A stretch of DNA of 64,000 bases from Hydrolagus affinis (lineage: Eukaryota): positions 1 to 64,000 of the forward strand of contig JAAILG010000396.1 of the NCBI GenBank assembly GCA_012026655.1. Reading direction: 5' to 3'. Both the position numbers and the translations under genes were made by a program. Numbering within the stretch: position 1 is the stretch's first letter; each line of letters begins with the position of its first letter. Below the pieces are notes generated by a model. The model had not been told where the DNA came from, did no database searches, and saw only the letters and a program-made list of their open reading frames with translations. Below are positions 39,101 through 53,734 of this stretch, piece after piece.

Positions 39101-41134
39101 GATAATGAGCAATTAAAAAGACCCCATATGAGGTAAACACAAGTCCCATTGTTTTTGCATCTGCAGTATCCAAATGATGAACAATAAATGTTTTGCTGGT
39201 TGTTTTAAAAGGCTTTCTGTTGATAGCAGTATTTAGCCTTCAAATCGGCTTCAGATACATAATGTCACGGTGCAGGCTGCAATCCAGCAAAGCAGAATGG
39301 GTTGCAAAGGGTTCTATTTTTGTCCTAAGAAAATGTCACCAGAATAGCAATGTAAAAGGAGATTGACAAAAATGATTTAAAGCCAGCTATTTTGAAGACG
39401 TTCACAAACGCACATCCCCTTTTTAAATACAAAACATTGGGTTGAATGACTCGGCTCATGATGCTCTGACACACATTGAACCTTGTACTAGTAAGATAGG
39501 GAGTACATGTCCGCGATCCCCAGTCTCACTGTAAAGGGAAGGAGGTAATAAGAGTTCACATCCTTCCCCACAGGAAGGGAGGGAAATGTGGACAGGTCAT
39601 GCTGGGTTTGCTCTTGTATGTCTTGTTTTGTTGGCTTCAGAGGTCTGGGAGAACAGGTTCCCTCACCAAGGAATTATGTGTAGGAGACTGCGATAGAGGA
39701 CTGGCAATGAAATGTAACATTTATTCAATATAATCTCTATAACTTTATTTTAAGATTTATTAAGTGGAAATGAAGATGAGTTTTTTTTTAAAGATTATTA
39801 TAGATTCACCCTACATATTAAATACATAATTATAGCTGTCACTTCATTCCACAAACATACCATAGAAGTAATATATTATTAACTGACTTCATAAATGATC
39901 CATACTTTGAGTTCATTTACCCAACCACTCCTGTTCATTAAAAACCTGGGCAGTCAATCTGGCAAAGATTCTTGCTACATTTTCAGCTTGTTCCACAATT
40001 CTTTTTTGTCCTTTCCTTTATTAAAAAGAAGCATTTTGCCCCCATCATTTACTTTGGATTTTTAACAGTGGCATAATTTTCATTATTGCTCAGTTTGTTT
40101 TCCTTTTTTTTTCTCTCTGGGTATAGAAAATGAGTCATGATTAGCAGATTGAGCTGACACGTACAGAACGCGTAATTTGCATTGCATGAATGGCAAGCAA
40201 CAATGCATCCTCCTCATTATAAGCTGGCCCGCTCCTGCAACTTGCGGTTCAAGCTCTTACAAGAGCGGAGTAGACGGAGGAAGCCTAAATAACCTTTCTT
40301 TCATATATATTTTTAATCAATGGAGAAAATGAGGAGCATTAAGGTTCATTGAGAAACCGTTCTCATTATTTCAGATGAGCACCTAAAACATAAGTGAAAT
40401 GAAGAGTTGAAATAATAGAATGCAGGATAAGTGCCCCAGTGGTGCTCACTTATTACGTTAATTAGTGCAAAGCTCCCGCAAATTCTGTGCAATTCAGCTT
40501 TTTATTGGGTTTCGATTAGTTCACCCACAGTGAAAAGAGCATTAATATTTTACAATTGCGGCAACGCTAAAGACTCTAGCATTTGAAGAGTCAATGAAAT
40601 GCAGCGGGGAACACACGGGAAGCTACAGCGTGACAGAACAGCATTCTAAAGCAGGGAGGTCAAGTGACAGTCTCAATATTGAGTGAGTTGCCCCATGGCT
40701 TCATGAAGCAGCCAGTATCAGTCTACCAGGTTGACTCAGAGAGTGACAGAGGTTGGAAACATGGCTTCTTTCCTGTACTCCAGAATCATTTCATAAGGTA
40801 TTTAAGTCAAGCAGTAGCACTGACGTCCAAACCAATTTATAATTATAGCATGCATTGGGGGAAGGCACATATATTAGTCATATATTTATATTATTTGTTT
40901 TGAAAAAAAATTATATTTTGTCATCGGAAATATCTTTACAAGATTATATGTTGTTACATCAATTCTTAGACCCAATACATAGCAGTACCAACTCTCTTTG
41001 TTTCACAATATTGCCAAGGCAATAAATGATTGTATTGCAATTCTGTTTCCTGGATACTAGGCTGCCAGAAGCATTCATCCTTTAATCCACAAAGCAATTG
41101 CAAAAGGAAATCCATCCAACATTCTCCGAATACA

Positions 41135-41615
41135 GTAATCATCCTTGCATTTGGTATAGCCAGTTATCACCCTGGAAGCACGTCTCAAAGCGCTTCACAG
41201 GATTTACTGTGAAATGGAATGACAATGTGCTTATAGGCAAACATTGCAGCACAGTGACGCAGGGCAATGTCCCACAAACAGCCGTGTAATAAATAGCGAC
41301 AATAACAAAATAAAATTTTTTATAGCACCTTTCACGTAGGGAGGATGTCCCAAGGCTCTGAACAATCACATTTATTTGGGGATTGATCACCAGGGCACCG
41401 GAAGAAACTGCCTTCTCTTTTTGAACAGTGCCACGGGATCTTTAACATCCATCTGAACAAGCTGACGGGACCTTGGTCTGACGTCTGAAGGATAGCACCT
41501 TTGACCATGCAACACACTTCCAGCACTGCATTGGAGTGTCAGCTTAAGAGTACGTGAGTTGAAGTCTCGATATGGGACTCAAGCCCACAAACTTCTGACA
41601 CTGAGCCAAGCTGAC
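41135..41615 (-). mobile_element. SacSINE1/DeuSINE-like SINE with nested minimal L2 tail (~41298-41365)
   Basis: Head cactgagccaagctgacac; body gaacagtgccacgggatctttaacatccatctgaac; tail shared with family A. Confidence 0.82.
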
Positions 41616-43034
41616 ACACTATGTACTTGAGACCACAGTAAGATTCAGTTATCTTTCCCTCCCAACAGGAATTTTAATTTTATGAAACCATTTTGTGCAC
41701 TCTTACATCTCGGCTAGTCTGGTGAACAAATGCTATGTTCACTCTAGTGCCATGGAGATCTTTGATTAAACTTATTAATTATGCACTGCTGTTCCAGTGC
41801 TTTTATTCTAATTCCACAAATGTGAGTGTATTAAATATTTCAGCAGCTGACCAAAGCATTACTTCTGTCATATGCCTACAACTTGTTATTCAGTATATCA
41901 GTTACAGTGCAAGTAACGCTAATGGTATTTTATATAATGTGATATCTGCAGGAAGGCAGATAAGCATTTGATTTAACATCCAATTAAAAGCTGTCATTGA
42001 AAAATTACTTCAAATAGGCTCTTTATTTTTTCATCAGTCTTTGATTCCAACTCTTCTCTAACCTACTGAACCAAACTCAGAAACTCATGAATTTTGATTA
42101 AAAAAATTTGAGACCATTTCCAAGTACAGCAGACTTTTTTTTTCCTTTATTTGATAGAAATTTAATAAATCTATGAAACCTTGCCAGCATCATCTATCTT
42201 CTTTTTTTTCCACAAGACTGGCCTATTATGCTGAGGCTGTAAATTATGAAGAAGCCAGCAAACCAAAACTTTTCAGGCTGAGATGGAAGCAGAGATGTAA
42301 TCAGTTTCAGTGAACCATATAATTACACTGGAATATGAATCACTGAAACATTAGGGCCCATTGCTAATCTGTGACGTTCACACTTTGTGAGGCTGCTGAA
42401 ATCACGCAATGATGTATTGAGGCCCAACCTACTGTTTCTCAGAACTATCTATCTTTATGCACTGTGCATATGGAGGATAGCAGAGAATGGGTACTGGACT
42501 TAAGCAATCACTTAAAAAAAAGAACCAGCATCAGTGTGATGAATGCAGTGTTATTCATCTGGGAAGAATTTCATACACAACAGTTTGTCATGTGTGAATT
42601 CCAAGCTACGCTGGATTCTTCCCCCTTGAACGTCGAGGTAAATTACTGCCAGGAGCTTTTCTCGGAGCAAAATTGGGCAGTTGTGCACAGCAGATCAATC
42701 AGAAAACAAAATGCCTTCTGTAAACTTACTTCTAAAGATCGTGTTTACTTCCAGCCTCAACTCTTAATCAAACACATTGATTCTCACTAGATCAGATGGA
42801 ACTGTCATCACTTCCTAATGGCAGCTTGATGGGGAGGGGAAAGGAGTGCATCGCCACTTGTGTATTTAATAGGCCAGTTACACCACAACATTGATGGTAA
42901 TCATAAAAATGTCTGTGACCCGCAGGCGCTGTAGTTCATGGGGCTACAGGATTTATTGAGGTGAAAATGGGAACATAAGTAAATCAAAACATCTCCTAAT
43001 ACACCACTCGAGAAGCTCAAGAGGTAAATGTACC

Positions 43035-43258
43035 ATTCGGTGTGGCACATGCAGAACATGAAGGTAGAAGGTTTGATCCCTGGTTCAGGCTGAGTTAGCT
43101 TATTGTAGTTAACTTGGTGGTTGAGGGCAATACACCAGTTATTGGGGTCACCGAGTTAAGTACAGAGAAATTGGCCCTGGTTCTCCAGTTTGATTGTTGC
43201 CCAATGACCCCATTGGAAGAGCCTATGTGTGAATGGTGGGCGAGGACATGATCGATGG
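43035..43258 (+). mobile_element. Ancient tRNA-type SINE (AmnSINE2-like, tentative)
   Basis: ggtttgatccctggttcaggctgagttagct...ccaatgaccccattggaaga..tgtgtgaatggtgggcgaggaca; a possible reverse copy lies at ~32760-32930. Confidence 0.45.
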
Positions 43259-43259
43259 C

Positions 43260-43375
43260 ATATAAGGGGTGTGAGGAAAAGGCAGGTTAAATGGCAATGA
43301 AAGGATTGCTCTTAAGAAGAGCTAGCACAGACACGATGGGCCGAATGGCCTACTTCTATGCTATAAATTTGTGAT
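43260..43375 (+). mobile_element. CR1 3' UTR fragment
   Basis: aagagctagcacagacacgatgggccgaatggcctacttctatgct. Confidence 0.75.
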
Positions 43376-46300
43376 GCCCAGTTGGGATGTCCTCCTGACG
43401 TGAAAGGCGTTACACAAGTGTAATTTTGTTGTTATTGTTGAATCACCTACTGATTTTTATGAGCCAGGCTAACCCTGGAAGAACAGATACCAATGAGCAG
43501 CACTCCATCTGTGGAGCTGCCACAACAACAACAGCAACAGCTTACATTTGTATAGCGCCCTTTTCACGTCACGTTTTAGTAACTCTAGGAGAGGAAGGTA
43601 AGGCCGGAACAAATGATATTCCCCCCCCCCACCCACCCACACACCCAATTTTACAGTTCCCAACCCTTAAACCTATAAAAGAAAGTGCTGGCAATAAGAA
43701 ATAAGATAGCTCTGTGAGTGTTTGCACGGGAAGGCCACAGCGCTTACTGAAACACAGTATTCTATTTGAAAGAAAAACACAATTTGCTCATCTTGCAGCT
43801 GTTGATGAATCTTTAATTGGGACTTATGTTTGGGAATACTTGAGTGAACAGAAGACTTCATTTTCTGAACCAATTAATGCAACATAAAATTCCTCCTACA
43901 TTTTTACAACATAGGGTATTAGACCGTTTTAGTGGGCAATAACTTGTCCAGCACCTCACAAGAGTTGTATTTTAGAACTTTTAGCAAAAAAATTCCAACA
44001 GTCAGCATAAATTGGTCTTTAGATAACTTCTAAAGCAGTTTTCATCAGTTGATCTGTAAAAGAGAACTGGCCAAGGTAAAGATCTGAGGATCCCTGTTAA
44101 AACAGCTTATATTAGTATCAGCAATAGTTTTAGTGAAGGCCAGTGCACACTGACAAGAATAGCCTATAGATATTGTGTGTGAGATAACCCTGCTACCCTC
44201 TGAACCTCCCACAAAGAATACAGTGTGTTCAAATCTGCTTTTGCTAATAACATGCGGCTCATTGTGAACGAGACGACAAATCCCTGCGCCAGGGTGCAAA
44301 CAATAACATTTTATCAGGTTTAATTACAGAGGCTGTTGGGATGTGCATGAAGTAGGCATATTAAGCCATGGCAGCCCTCCAGTACACCAAGAATAAAGCA
44401 CAAGAATCCCGTAATTATCTGATTGAACGAGCGAGGTTCATGCATACGCAAGAATCCTACATCTGCATCTAATGCATGAGGATAAGTAATGAGAAGTGAT
44501 ATACTTTAATCTTCAATTAGAAATACTCCAAAGACTTTGATCATTTTTGTTAGCTGGGAGAAAAATCAGGCTAGCACAATGCTTCACAAGGACTTTGGAC
44601 ATACAAATCCATACTGTGCTTTCCTTGTGTAGATTTGTACTTAAACATCACATTATTTATTCCTGGAGTAACACTTTAAAAAAGAAAAGAAAATTGAGTA
44701 TAAAAAACATGCTACCCATGATGTTAATTAATTAACAATAATGGTGTAAGTACATTTAAACACTGGCAATATAAAATGATCGTGTAATATGGTTTAGAGT
44801 TACACAAATCATTTAAGCTTGAGGAATCTTTCCCACTTCATGCTGAATAAGCTTATTAACCAAACATTTGAAGATATTGCCTGCTTGGCAGATGTGCAAT
44901 CATTTCCCCACCTCTACAACAATGGTTAGGCCTGAACCTGCCCTCCGGTGCACACTAGACTTCGCCAGGTATGGAGGGTTTATATAAATGCAAGTTGTTG
45001 TTGCACACTGGACTTGCTGCCTCAAGAATCGCTCCATTGTATTGCCAGGGAGCACGATAGTGCTTAAACTCGCATTGTTTGGTTTATGTCAACTCAGCAT
45101 CCCCCTAATCAATGCTCCAATAATGCCATCGGTATTCTGGTAAGTGCCTATGGTAATGCTAGATGACGTCTGGACAATTTCCTGGAACAAACGACCCATC
45201 TCTCCATTGAATATGAGGACACAAACGTAGCGAAAGGAATACAGTAATTGGAATTAAATTGGTCTGTTCAGAGTGTACTCTCTTGATGTTGCAACAAGGT
45301 AAAATGTTGAGCAACAGAGATGGTCCTAACTTTATATGTACTCTGTCTAGTCCTGACATGAGAGTACTTATCCTGAAAGTCAGCACATAAAGTGGCAGAG
45401 TGCTCTATTCCCTTGTACTAACATCCCTTCCTCTGAAAATTGTTTTCTTTTTTTTAAAAAAACAAGATTAAGTAGCACGGACAAAATTTACTACACTGGA
45501 TCCATAAACTACCACTATATGTGTGTACTAAAACAATAGGCACTGGCCAAGACTTGAGTTGAATGAGATAATGCTAGAAACACAATTCAGGATGTTCAGA
45601 CATTATACACGACACTGCTCAGATTCGGCTCTGATGGTTTATGGTGCCACTCAGTTATATCAGAACTAGTAATTCACTCCAGCATGACTCGATTATATTA
45701 GTACCCAAGGATTTTCATACCTTTATATCTTTGAGAGGTTGTGCTGCTGCAAAGACAGTCCTGGCTGACGAATCCACTTTTATTAAAGAAAAATACATTG
45801 ATTCTCTTAATCATTTTTTTTTAAAAAAAAGGGCCCAAAAAGAGCAAGAGAACAAGATACTGGCTATTCAGACTCGGAGTGATATAATTAAAAGATTGTA
45901 TTACATTGGTATCATCGTGCACTTCTTGCAAGATCCCAGCTACATTTTTTTGTCAGCGAGTTACCTTGGCTCATGTAAAATAGCAGTCTTGGCCAGCAAC
46001 CCTTTCAGAAGTTGCAAATACTTTGACGTTCCACATTTATATTGTAATACAATTTTCATTCCATTAGGCCTCATATTAAATGCCAAAAATAAATAAAAAA
46101 TGCCTCGCGTCAGCTTTCAAGTTCCTGCCAAGAAAATTGTGGAAAAAATGTCTTCATTTGGAATGGCTCTAAACAAAAGTGAGTCTCAACTGAGCTCAAG
46201 CCTTACATCAAACATGTTCTTTCATAGCACAGGTGTTGGTCTCGCTATGAAGCCCGCCAAACTATTTTTTTTGTTGGCATGCTGGGATCTTAGAATCTCC

Positions 46301-46944
46301 ACAGACTCACGGCAGGATAGGCTCTTCTGACTGTAATTGGTACCATCTGTAGCTGTCAGACCACAGGCTCGCATTCCAGAATTACATCTTTCCTGCAAAG
46401 GCATTTATCATTACTACAAAACTCACTCATCTGACACTGAAAGATTAACTGGCATTGATTTGCTTGAGCAAACTTATTTGAGCCCAGTATTGAACAAAGT
46501 GTTTCTGTTTTAATAGTCTTCCGAAGATAGCTACAAGACGATTGACTATTTCCTCCTATTCCCCCTCTACTTGTGTCCTCTGTATTTAGTTGTGCGGTTT
46601 AAATTAAAGGGGCAGGATTGTTTGCCGTTGTCGCGTTACCTCAAATATTTTAAGAGTCTCATATTAATACAAGCCAACTGGCACAACTGTAACATGTAGG
46701 TGCATTAAAAATGTATTTAGTTACAGCTTACATATGATGCCAAAATAAAAGCCTTTTAGAATGAGCTATTATGTAGAACAGATTTAGGAAGCTTATATTT
46801 ATAAATTGAAATCGAGTTGATTGTTGTCTATTCAAGAGAATTTTGTCTTAGATTATGTAAACTGAATTTTAATGTACAGTCGTCCCTGTTTTAAATGCAG
46901 TGCAATATAATATCCAATTTCTCAAAGTTGCATGGATTAAACAA

Positions 46945-47152
46945 TTTACACAGAGGGTGTGGAGACTGGATCTCACTGCCTGAAGTGGTGGTTGAATTAG
47001 ATGGGGCTTTCAAGAGGAACCCTTTACATGAGGGAGCGGGGAATAGAAAGATATGGGAGGACATAAGGATGAAGACTCATATGGAGTATAAACACTGGCA
47101 TGGATCAGTTGGGCCAAGTGGCATGTTTCTATGCAGTAAATTCTGTAATCTT
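46945..47152 (+). mobile_element. CR1 3' fragment
   Basis: tttacacagagggtgtggagactggatctcactgcctgaagtggtggttga...taaacactggcatggatcagttgggccaagtggc. Confidence 0.75.
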
Positions 47153-47159
47153 TGTACAA

Positions 47160-47590
47160 AAGCATAGGAATAGGCTTATTCTATCTGACTCTGCAAGCTT
47201 GTTCTACCTTATTGGTCGATCATAAAATCCCATTTGTTCCTCAGCATTTTGGGTCATCCTCCGAACATAAGAGGCACTGTGTAAATGTACATTTGCTGTT
47301 TTTGTCCTATTCATCATACCCTTAATTTCCAAGTATTTATTTTCCTTTTAAATGTTCCAATTGATTCTGCATCAGTGGTCCTCTGGGACATTGCATTCCA
47401 CATCCTCCCAACCCTTTTATCTGGTTTAGTAATTTAAAGACTATGTCCCCTTGTTTTAGATGTTCCTCCCAGAATGATCTATCTAGCTTGTCAATTCCTT
47501 CCATTATTAAAACACCTCAATCAGATCACCCTTTAACCTCCCCAGCTCCAACAAATATAACTCACACTTACCCAGCATCTCCCCATAGCG
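47160..47590 (-). mobile_element. CR1 3' fragment, tail-to-tail with the preceding copy
   Basis: gcattccacatcctccc..ctatgtccccttgtt..attaaaacacctcaatcagatcaccctttaacctc (reverse strand RLKGDLIEVF). Confidence 0.7.
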
Positions 47591-50500
47591 AAACCACGGT
47601 CACTGTTCTTTACTAAAGGAGCATACAACTATCTAATCAAACAGTGAATATTGTCAGCATTATTCCACTAAAAGTATATCTCTCCAGTAACTAGATGCAG
47701 GGAATTTTCTATTTGGTTTGGATACTTCTAAGCATAGTGATGGGTTTCCGCATGTGTCAGACACCTGGCTGACCAAACAAAATAGTAATTGGCACATTCC
47801 ACAGAGTAGTAAATATTTTAACTGCTATTTGTTTAATCATCTACTCCAATATTATGCATGTTAACAAGTTAATAATATTCAAGGTACATACAGGTGTTTT
47901 GTACCTACAATCTGTTATTAGGTGCTCACCTCTGCTTTCTGTTCTATTCTCGATTGTTACGCAAAACAGAGCTTGTAATTTTTAGGCTTTTTTTTAAAGT
48001 ATGGGGGGGGGTGGGGGGGGGTGATGGATAAGGTTTATATGCAAGAATCATTCTCAGAATAAAATGTCTGCCATTTGTAATAATTTTTATCACTGATATC
48101 AAAAGATTACAAAAAGTCAAATAGATTTCATTACAGCTGGATCTTCAATAAAACTGCACCGTAATCCAACCTTCTAAATGATTTTGTACTAATAAAAGGA
48201 GAAAAAAAAATGATGTAAAGTAGTGCTGAGCCTTGCTCAAATATTTTATGGACACATAACACCTTTGTTTCACGCTCCACATGTACCTTGCCTGCCAGTC
48301 ACTTTACAACCTCAGAAAACGAAGCATATAAAATTAAATATCAATACACATAAAACGTTTATCTAAGGAAGATCTGGCAGGAAATGAACTTCTGTATATT
48401 AGACACAGTTAATCAAGCAAAGCAGCGTTACAGTGCGTGTTTTGCTTTTGTTTTGTGAGCTTCGTTTCATATTAAAGTTCATTTTATATTTCGCCTTGTT
48501 GCCCCAATTTATGCAGTGATTATCAACTTCCCAAGCTGGAAAGAATTACTATTTGTGTGGGCTTATCACTATTTTAGGTGCGACGTCCCGCAAGAGTAAT
48601 TAGGTTAACAACCTTCAAAAACTCCCTTGATGGCAGACTGAAAACAGCCCTGCCAATTTAACCTGAATGGATTTTGTGACTGCACCACTGCCAACCAACC
48701 CACTAAACCAAATCACTGCATACACCTGGAGGCTGCATACACAGCCACAGCTCTGCCACAGGCAAAGGTACAAGACTGAATCAAGAGGGAAAAATGTGGC
48801 ATTAAGAATTTGTATGGTCGGGACAACTTAACTACTCCATCTATAGAGTTTCCATCCACGCTTGAGTTGCAAATTCAGAGAGCTGAGTCAGTTCAAGGTT
48901 GGTCTTAGGACGAAGTTTGTCGGCACTGCTGTCTTCTCCCTTTCTCCCTTCAGACTCCATCCTCTGAGGTATTGACTGTCCTGTACTGTCCAGATTCCTT
49001 AAGGCTTGTAACATTTTGGTTTCCAATTTTGGCTCCTAGATATAACATCTACTTGCAATACTTTTCCGCACTGTACATAATAACATTTTTAAATAAGAAA
49101 GCTCATCACAGTTTGTATGTTTGCGTTTACTTCTGTGTGTTTTATTATAAATAATTTTCAGGAAAGAAAACCAGCTGGAATACTGGACTGCGTCAAAGTG
49201 GCGGAATCCTCTGTCAGGCAATTATCTGGAGACTTGGAGCGTGTCTGCTGGGTCACACAGGGTGAAGAGCAACTCATGTTGGAAGATATAGGATAAAAAT
49301 AAGAGGAACAGACATCTTCATGTGTGGGAGGACATGTGGATATGGCATGGCTGACAGCAAGCAGATAAAAGGAGAAATAACAGCGAAAGGCAAAAAACAT
49401 GGATGGAGAACAGGGAGAAGAAAAGCATTGTTAGTGGAGCACAACTAAATAAACCTAATTTTGTAAAACACATGTGCAACATTCTTGAGTCAGGGATATA
49501 ACCTCCAGGTGTGTTCCTCTCAGTAAAACAAAGCCAGAAGATGATATGAGTCATTTCAAAGATCAAGTCACTTAACAGTGTACAATGAGTAATCGTAATA
49601 TTAAAATATATTTTGCTGGAAATTCTTTGGCTGACACATTTATTGAACACATATATTAATGGTCTTAAAAATTAGAGCAATAAAATACTGCCACTCATAT
49701 CCACTTCACATCTACACTGTGATATGTTGCACTGATGAATACAGGTATTGTAATGTGGCATTCAGTCTTGTATCCCTATTTTCAACAATCTATTTAGCAA
49801 TCTTGGTTAGTTTTTTATGCATCCATAGAGAATACATACTGACAGCATTGGTTTGCAAAAAATAATTCATTTTGTGCTGCAGACATGAATGAATTACTAA
49901 GATTGGTACCAAGAATGGGTTCGTTATAAAGCATTGCACCCAACTAATGTGTATCCTACTTATACGACTACATGTGTATGTGTTTTTAATAAGAAAACAC
50001 GATTGATATTTTTTAATTTTATTAGGTGTTGCTCTGTCAGGCTTGTCAGAACCAAACAGTCGATGAAGATCTCATCCCATCAGTCAAACATCCACCACTG
50101 CACAGAAACACAGACAGCACATCAAATCAGCCAGTGATCTCTATATATTCAGGCTGGCTGCCAGCAAGATTAGAAGACTGCAAGAGCAGGAGAAAATTCC
50201 TGAAACAAACTCATTAAAGAAAATGCAATAGGACACAGTAAGCAGTAGGGAAAGAGACCAGTTTAATTTAAAGGAACTTGCAACTCATCCCTGGTTTACC
50301 ATTGTAACATTGCAATTCACTAGTGTCTGTGGGGACCATTTTTCTTCCAGTTGGTATAATTAGTGAATGAAGGGCAACAGGAGGGAATTTCAGAGCTTCA
50401 GCAGCATAGAAAGTTTGTGTGTTTGGAATAGAAGTTCATTCTTTCCTCTGAATAGAATGGGTGACAACAACATTTTGTTGAAACAAGAATTACAGCAGTT

Positions 50501-50600
50501 AGGTGATGCGAGAAGCTAAAATTAACAAGAATTGTGAATTTCCATGGTCTTAGTGGCTCAGTGAACAGAAGCAATTTAATTTCCATGTGATTGGTGAATT

Positions 50601-50792
50601 CCTGTATCTCAGTGGTTAAAGTACTTGTCTTGCAAGCGAGAGACATAAGTTTCGATTCCAGGCCGACCAGGGCGAAACCTTGGGCAAGTTTCCTTACTCT
50701 ACACACCTAATAATAATCCGTCAAGAAAACCCCCCAATAATAAATTGGTCATTTCAATTCATGACTGTTTGTGGGACACTACTGTGTGCAAT
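50601..50792 (+). mobile_element. SINE family A 5' two-thirds
   Basis: cctgtatctcagtggttaaagtacttgtcttgcaagcgagagac..ttcgattcc..ccttgggcaagtttccttactctacac. Confidence 0.85.
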
Positions 50793-50847
50793 GAGCAAAA
50801 AGTCTCTAATTCTTGTATAAGACTTAATAACTTCCATTTCCTTTGCC

Positions 50848-51162
50848 GGAGTCATGTAACTAAGGAGTTAGAATACTCAATTTGCAAGCAAGAGACCTGA
50901 GTTTGATTCCCGGCAGAGCGAAATCTTGGGCAAGTTTCCCTACTCCACACGCCTGATAATAATCTCTTGAAAAAGAAACAATAAAAAATTGGTCATTTCA
51001 ATCCATGAATCTTTGTGGGACACTGCTGCTGTGCCAAATTGATTGCTGCATTTCACCCACAAATATACAGCCAATTCACTTTACAGCATATTCTGTGAAA
51101 TGCTCTGAGATATCCAGAAGACATGAAAAGTGCTATATCAAATGCAAGGGATAATTATTATT
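50848..51162 (+). mobile_element. Full-length SINE family A
   Basis: Head to (TTA) tail, colinear with other copies. Confidence 0.88.
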
Positions 51163-53734
51163 AGTACAGTAGTACTAACTGGCAATGTTACGATACAGAA
51201 TTCTATCATCCAGCTCGGGGATTTTAAATGGAAGCTGAGTCGAGAGGGTGGAGGGGGAGAGAAAAGCCAATGGCTTGGATTCTGTGAGTGCCCTGGACAG
51301 GAGTGGTCACATCAGAACAGCTTTAGGAGAATTGTTTTTAAGATTCAAAATGTAATCCTCTGGAGAAATTAACAGTACTAGCCCTGCCTGGTTTGATATC
51401 ATGATACAAGCCAGTTACATTTTCAAACAAACAATCCCTGTAAACACTGAAAAGCCACAGACAAATAAGTATTTGCTGTTCACAAATCGCCTGCCACTGT
51501 CTCCCCACAAAATACAGTCACCACACCTTACAGTTAAAAACCTGTGGCATTCCAAACCAGAAATCACCGTGCTACCTAAAAAATATTGGTAAAATCAATA
51601 TTTTAAAAAAACAACTGTGATGCAAATCCTTTTCGATAATTTACAATCATGTAGATTAAACATTGAACAGTGTTAAAATCAGAATGATCAGACTACCACT
51701 TTATGTAACTGTGATTAAAAAAAATCCCCATGACATAAAAAAATTGCTCCATTAAATAACAGTTCAGCTTTGTTTCACTGCTTGTTGACCAGTATCTATT
51801 GGATTAGCAAAGGAACTTTTATTTGCTTCCAATATAAAAATCCCTGTGACTGCACAGCCCATCCATAATACACCCGCAAAGATATAATTCAATAAGAAAT
51901 TTAGTGGGCCAATAAAATTAATTAGCAGATGTTTACTCTATTAGAGTGTGTATTACTCATATCCATGTTATACAGTATTAATCACTCAAGTTAAGCACAT
52001 TGCACAATGCCACTATGATCTGAAAAATATGCAATGCACAATAAAACATTTACAGTGCTTCCTGCTGAATTTGTTTATTTAAATTACATAATTAAATGTT
52101 TGAAAGCTCTGTTAATTCTTCTGGATGGGTGGCATTATTTTTTTCTGTGTGAACGCCTAACAAGAATTTGCAATTATTTTTCATTTAGGTCACACTATGT
52201 TCATATTATTCATTTATGGAGTTCCTTGAAAGGCAATGCACACGTGAAGCATTCTGAATGCCGTTTTGGCACTTCAGTTTCATATTTGCATATTGGGTCA
52301 TGCTCTCTTTGACATACATCCGAAATTCCACAGCAAGTGTGTTATTACAAGCCACCAAAGAAATACCAAAACTGCATATGGCATCAAATATAAATTAAAA
52401 TGACTTAAAAGGCCTAACAACATGCCACAGTGATCCATTATTCTGCATCACCCTCTGCTACTAAGCCTTTTTAGTCAATAGAATAAAGCTGAGCTAAAAT
52501 ATTTGGTCATCTGGATGTTGCATTGACTTTCTATTACTGAACATTACAGTAATGACCACAGATTATCTTCACAGGAGCACTTCATAATGATGGGATCTTT
52601 TTGATGATGTATGCAGAGTGAATTTTCAAATGATTTCACATCTCAACCTCCTATTAATGGAGTTTGCTAACATTTCCAGGAGGAAAAATGGGTATGAAAA
52701 TGGAGCAGTTACTGTGACACCATTATCATTTGAAAATGAAATAAAAAAATACATACAATCTTACAGAGTGCAAACCAACGAGGTTTATATCACATTATTC
52801 TAAATGCTTTACATGCCATTACAAAATAAGACGTATTTTGAAACCGTACAAGGAACATACTTTATTGCATTTTTTTTCTCTCTCGTGACTAACCTTAATG
52901 CTCACACTGAACGGCTCTGAATATCAATTAATTCTGAAAGGTCTTTAAACAGCTGCACTGAAAATGCTTAGAACCAAGTTTAATCAATGATTGTTTGCTG
53001 TCAATTGACAGTGCTTTTTTTTTAACCAAATCTACCTAGAATCCCGCCTCCCCAGCCAAACGAAACCAGAAACTCAATTATTATTCTGATCCACAGCACG
53101 GTTTGTGCTCAATTCATCTGCATTCACTGTAGGTCACTCACTGGCTCCATCAGCTTTCATATAAAGTCTATAAATGCTGCACTTGAATTCACTGGCGCAT
53201 CAACACAGCAGACACACGCATTACCACTTTGCATTTGCACTTCATTTGCATTAGCGTGAGCATCAGAAACCAATCCCACAAGAATGCACCTGGTCAAAAA
53301 CGTTTGCCTTTAAACAAAGAAAGATTTAATAAAAGAGCAGAGCCAACGATGTCTCTGCACTTAGCCACAGATCATTATTGTTGCTCAGTACACCTCAACC
53401 ATTAAACAGTGTTTCACTAGAACTATTAGTGAATCTGAAAGATGGTGCTTCAGATAGACACATTGCTGGTAAAGCACACAGTACTTCAAGGGATTTATGT
53501 TGAGATGCACTTAATTGAGGAGTTCCTGGACCAACTATTTACCTAGTGAGGGCTCAAATCCGCACTTGTTAATAAAGATGTTTCATGGCAAACTAGTGAC
53601 TCTCCTCAATGGATAGAAGATCTGCTTGGGGTGCAGTGGGTTTCAAGATAACACACTTGGCAATGGAAGTTTGGAATCGAGCTGATTTTTTGTGGCCTCA
53701 GTAGTCGAGCAACTGAACCAGGCTGATCCACGGT

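Noticed and set aside
45641-46096. 151-aa ORF
   Set aside because: Runs through T/A homopolymers, composition typical of random AT-rich DNA, no domain
48003-48022. G-runs as functional G-quadruplexes (also ~37486-37513, ~2068-2135)
   Set aside because: Simple homopolymer tracts or L2 3' UTR sequence; no contextual support
48841-49296. Exon-like purine-rich ORFs (48841-49026 minus; ~49162-49296 plus)
   Set aside because: No recognisable peptide and no convincing pair of splice sites
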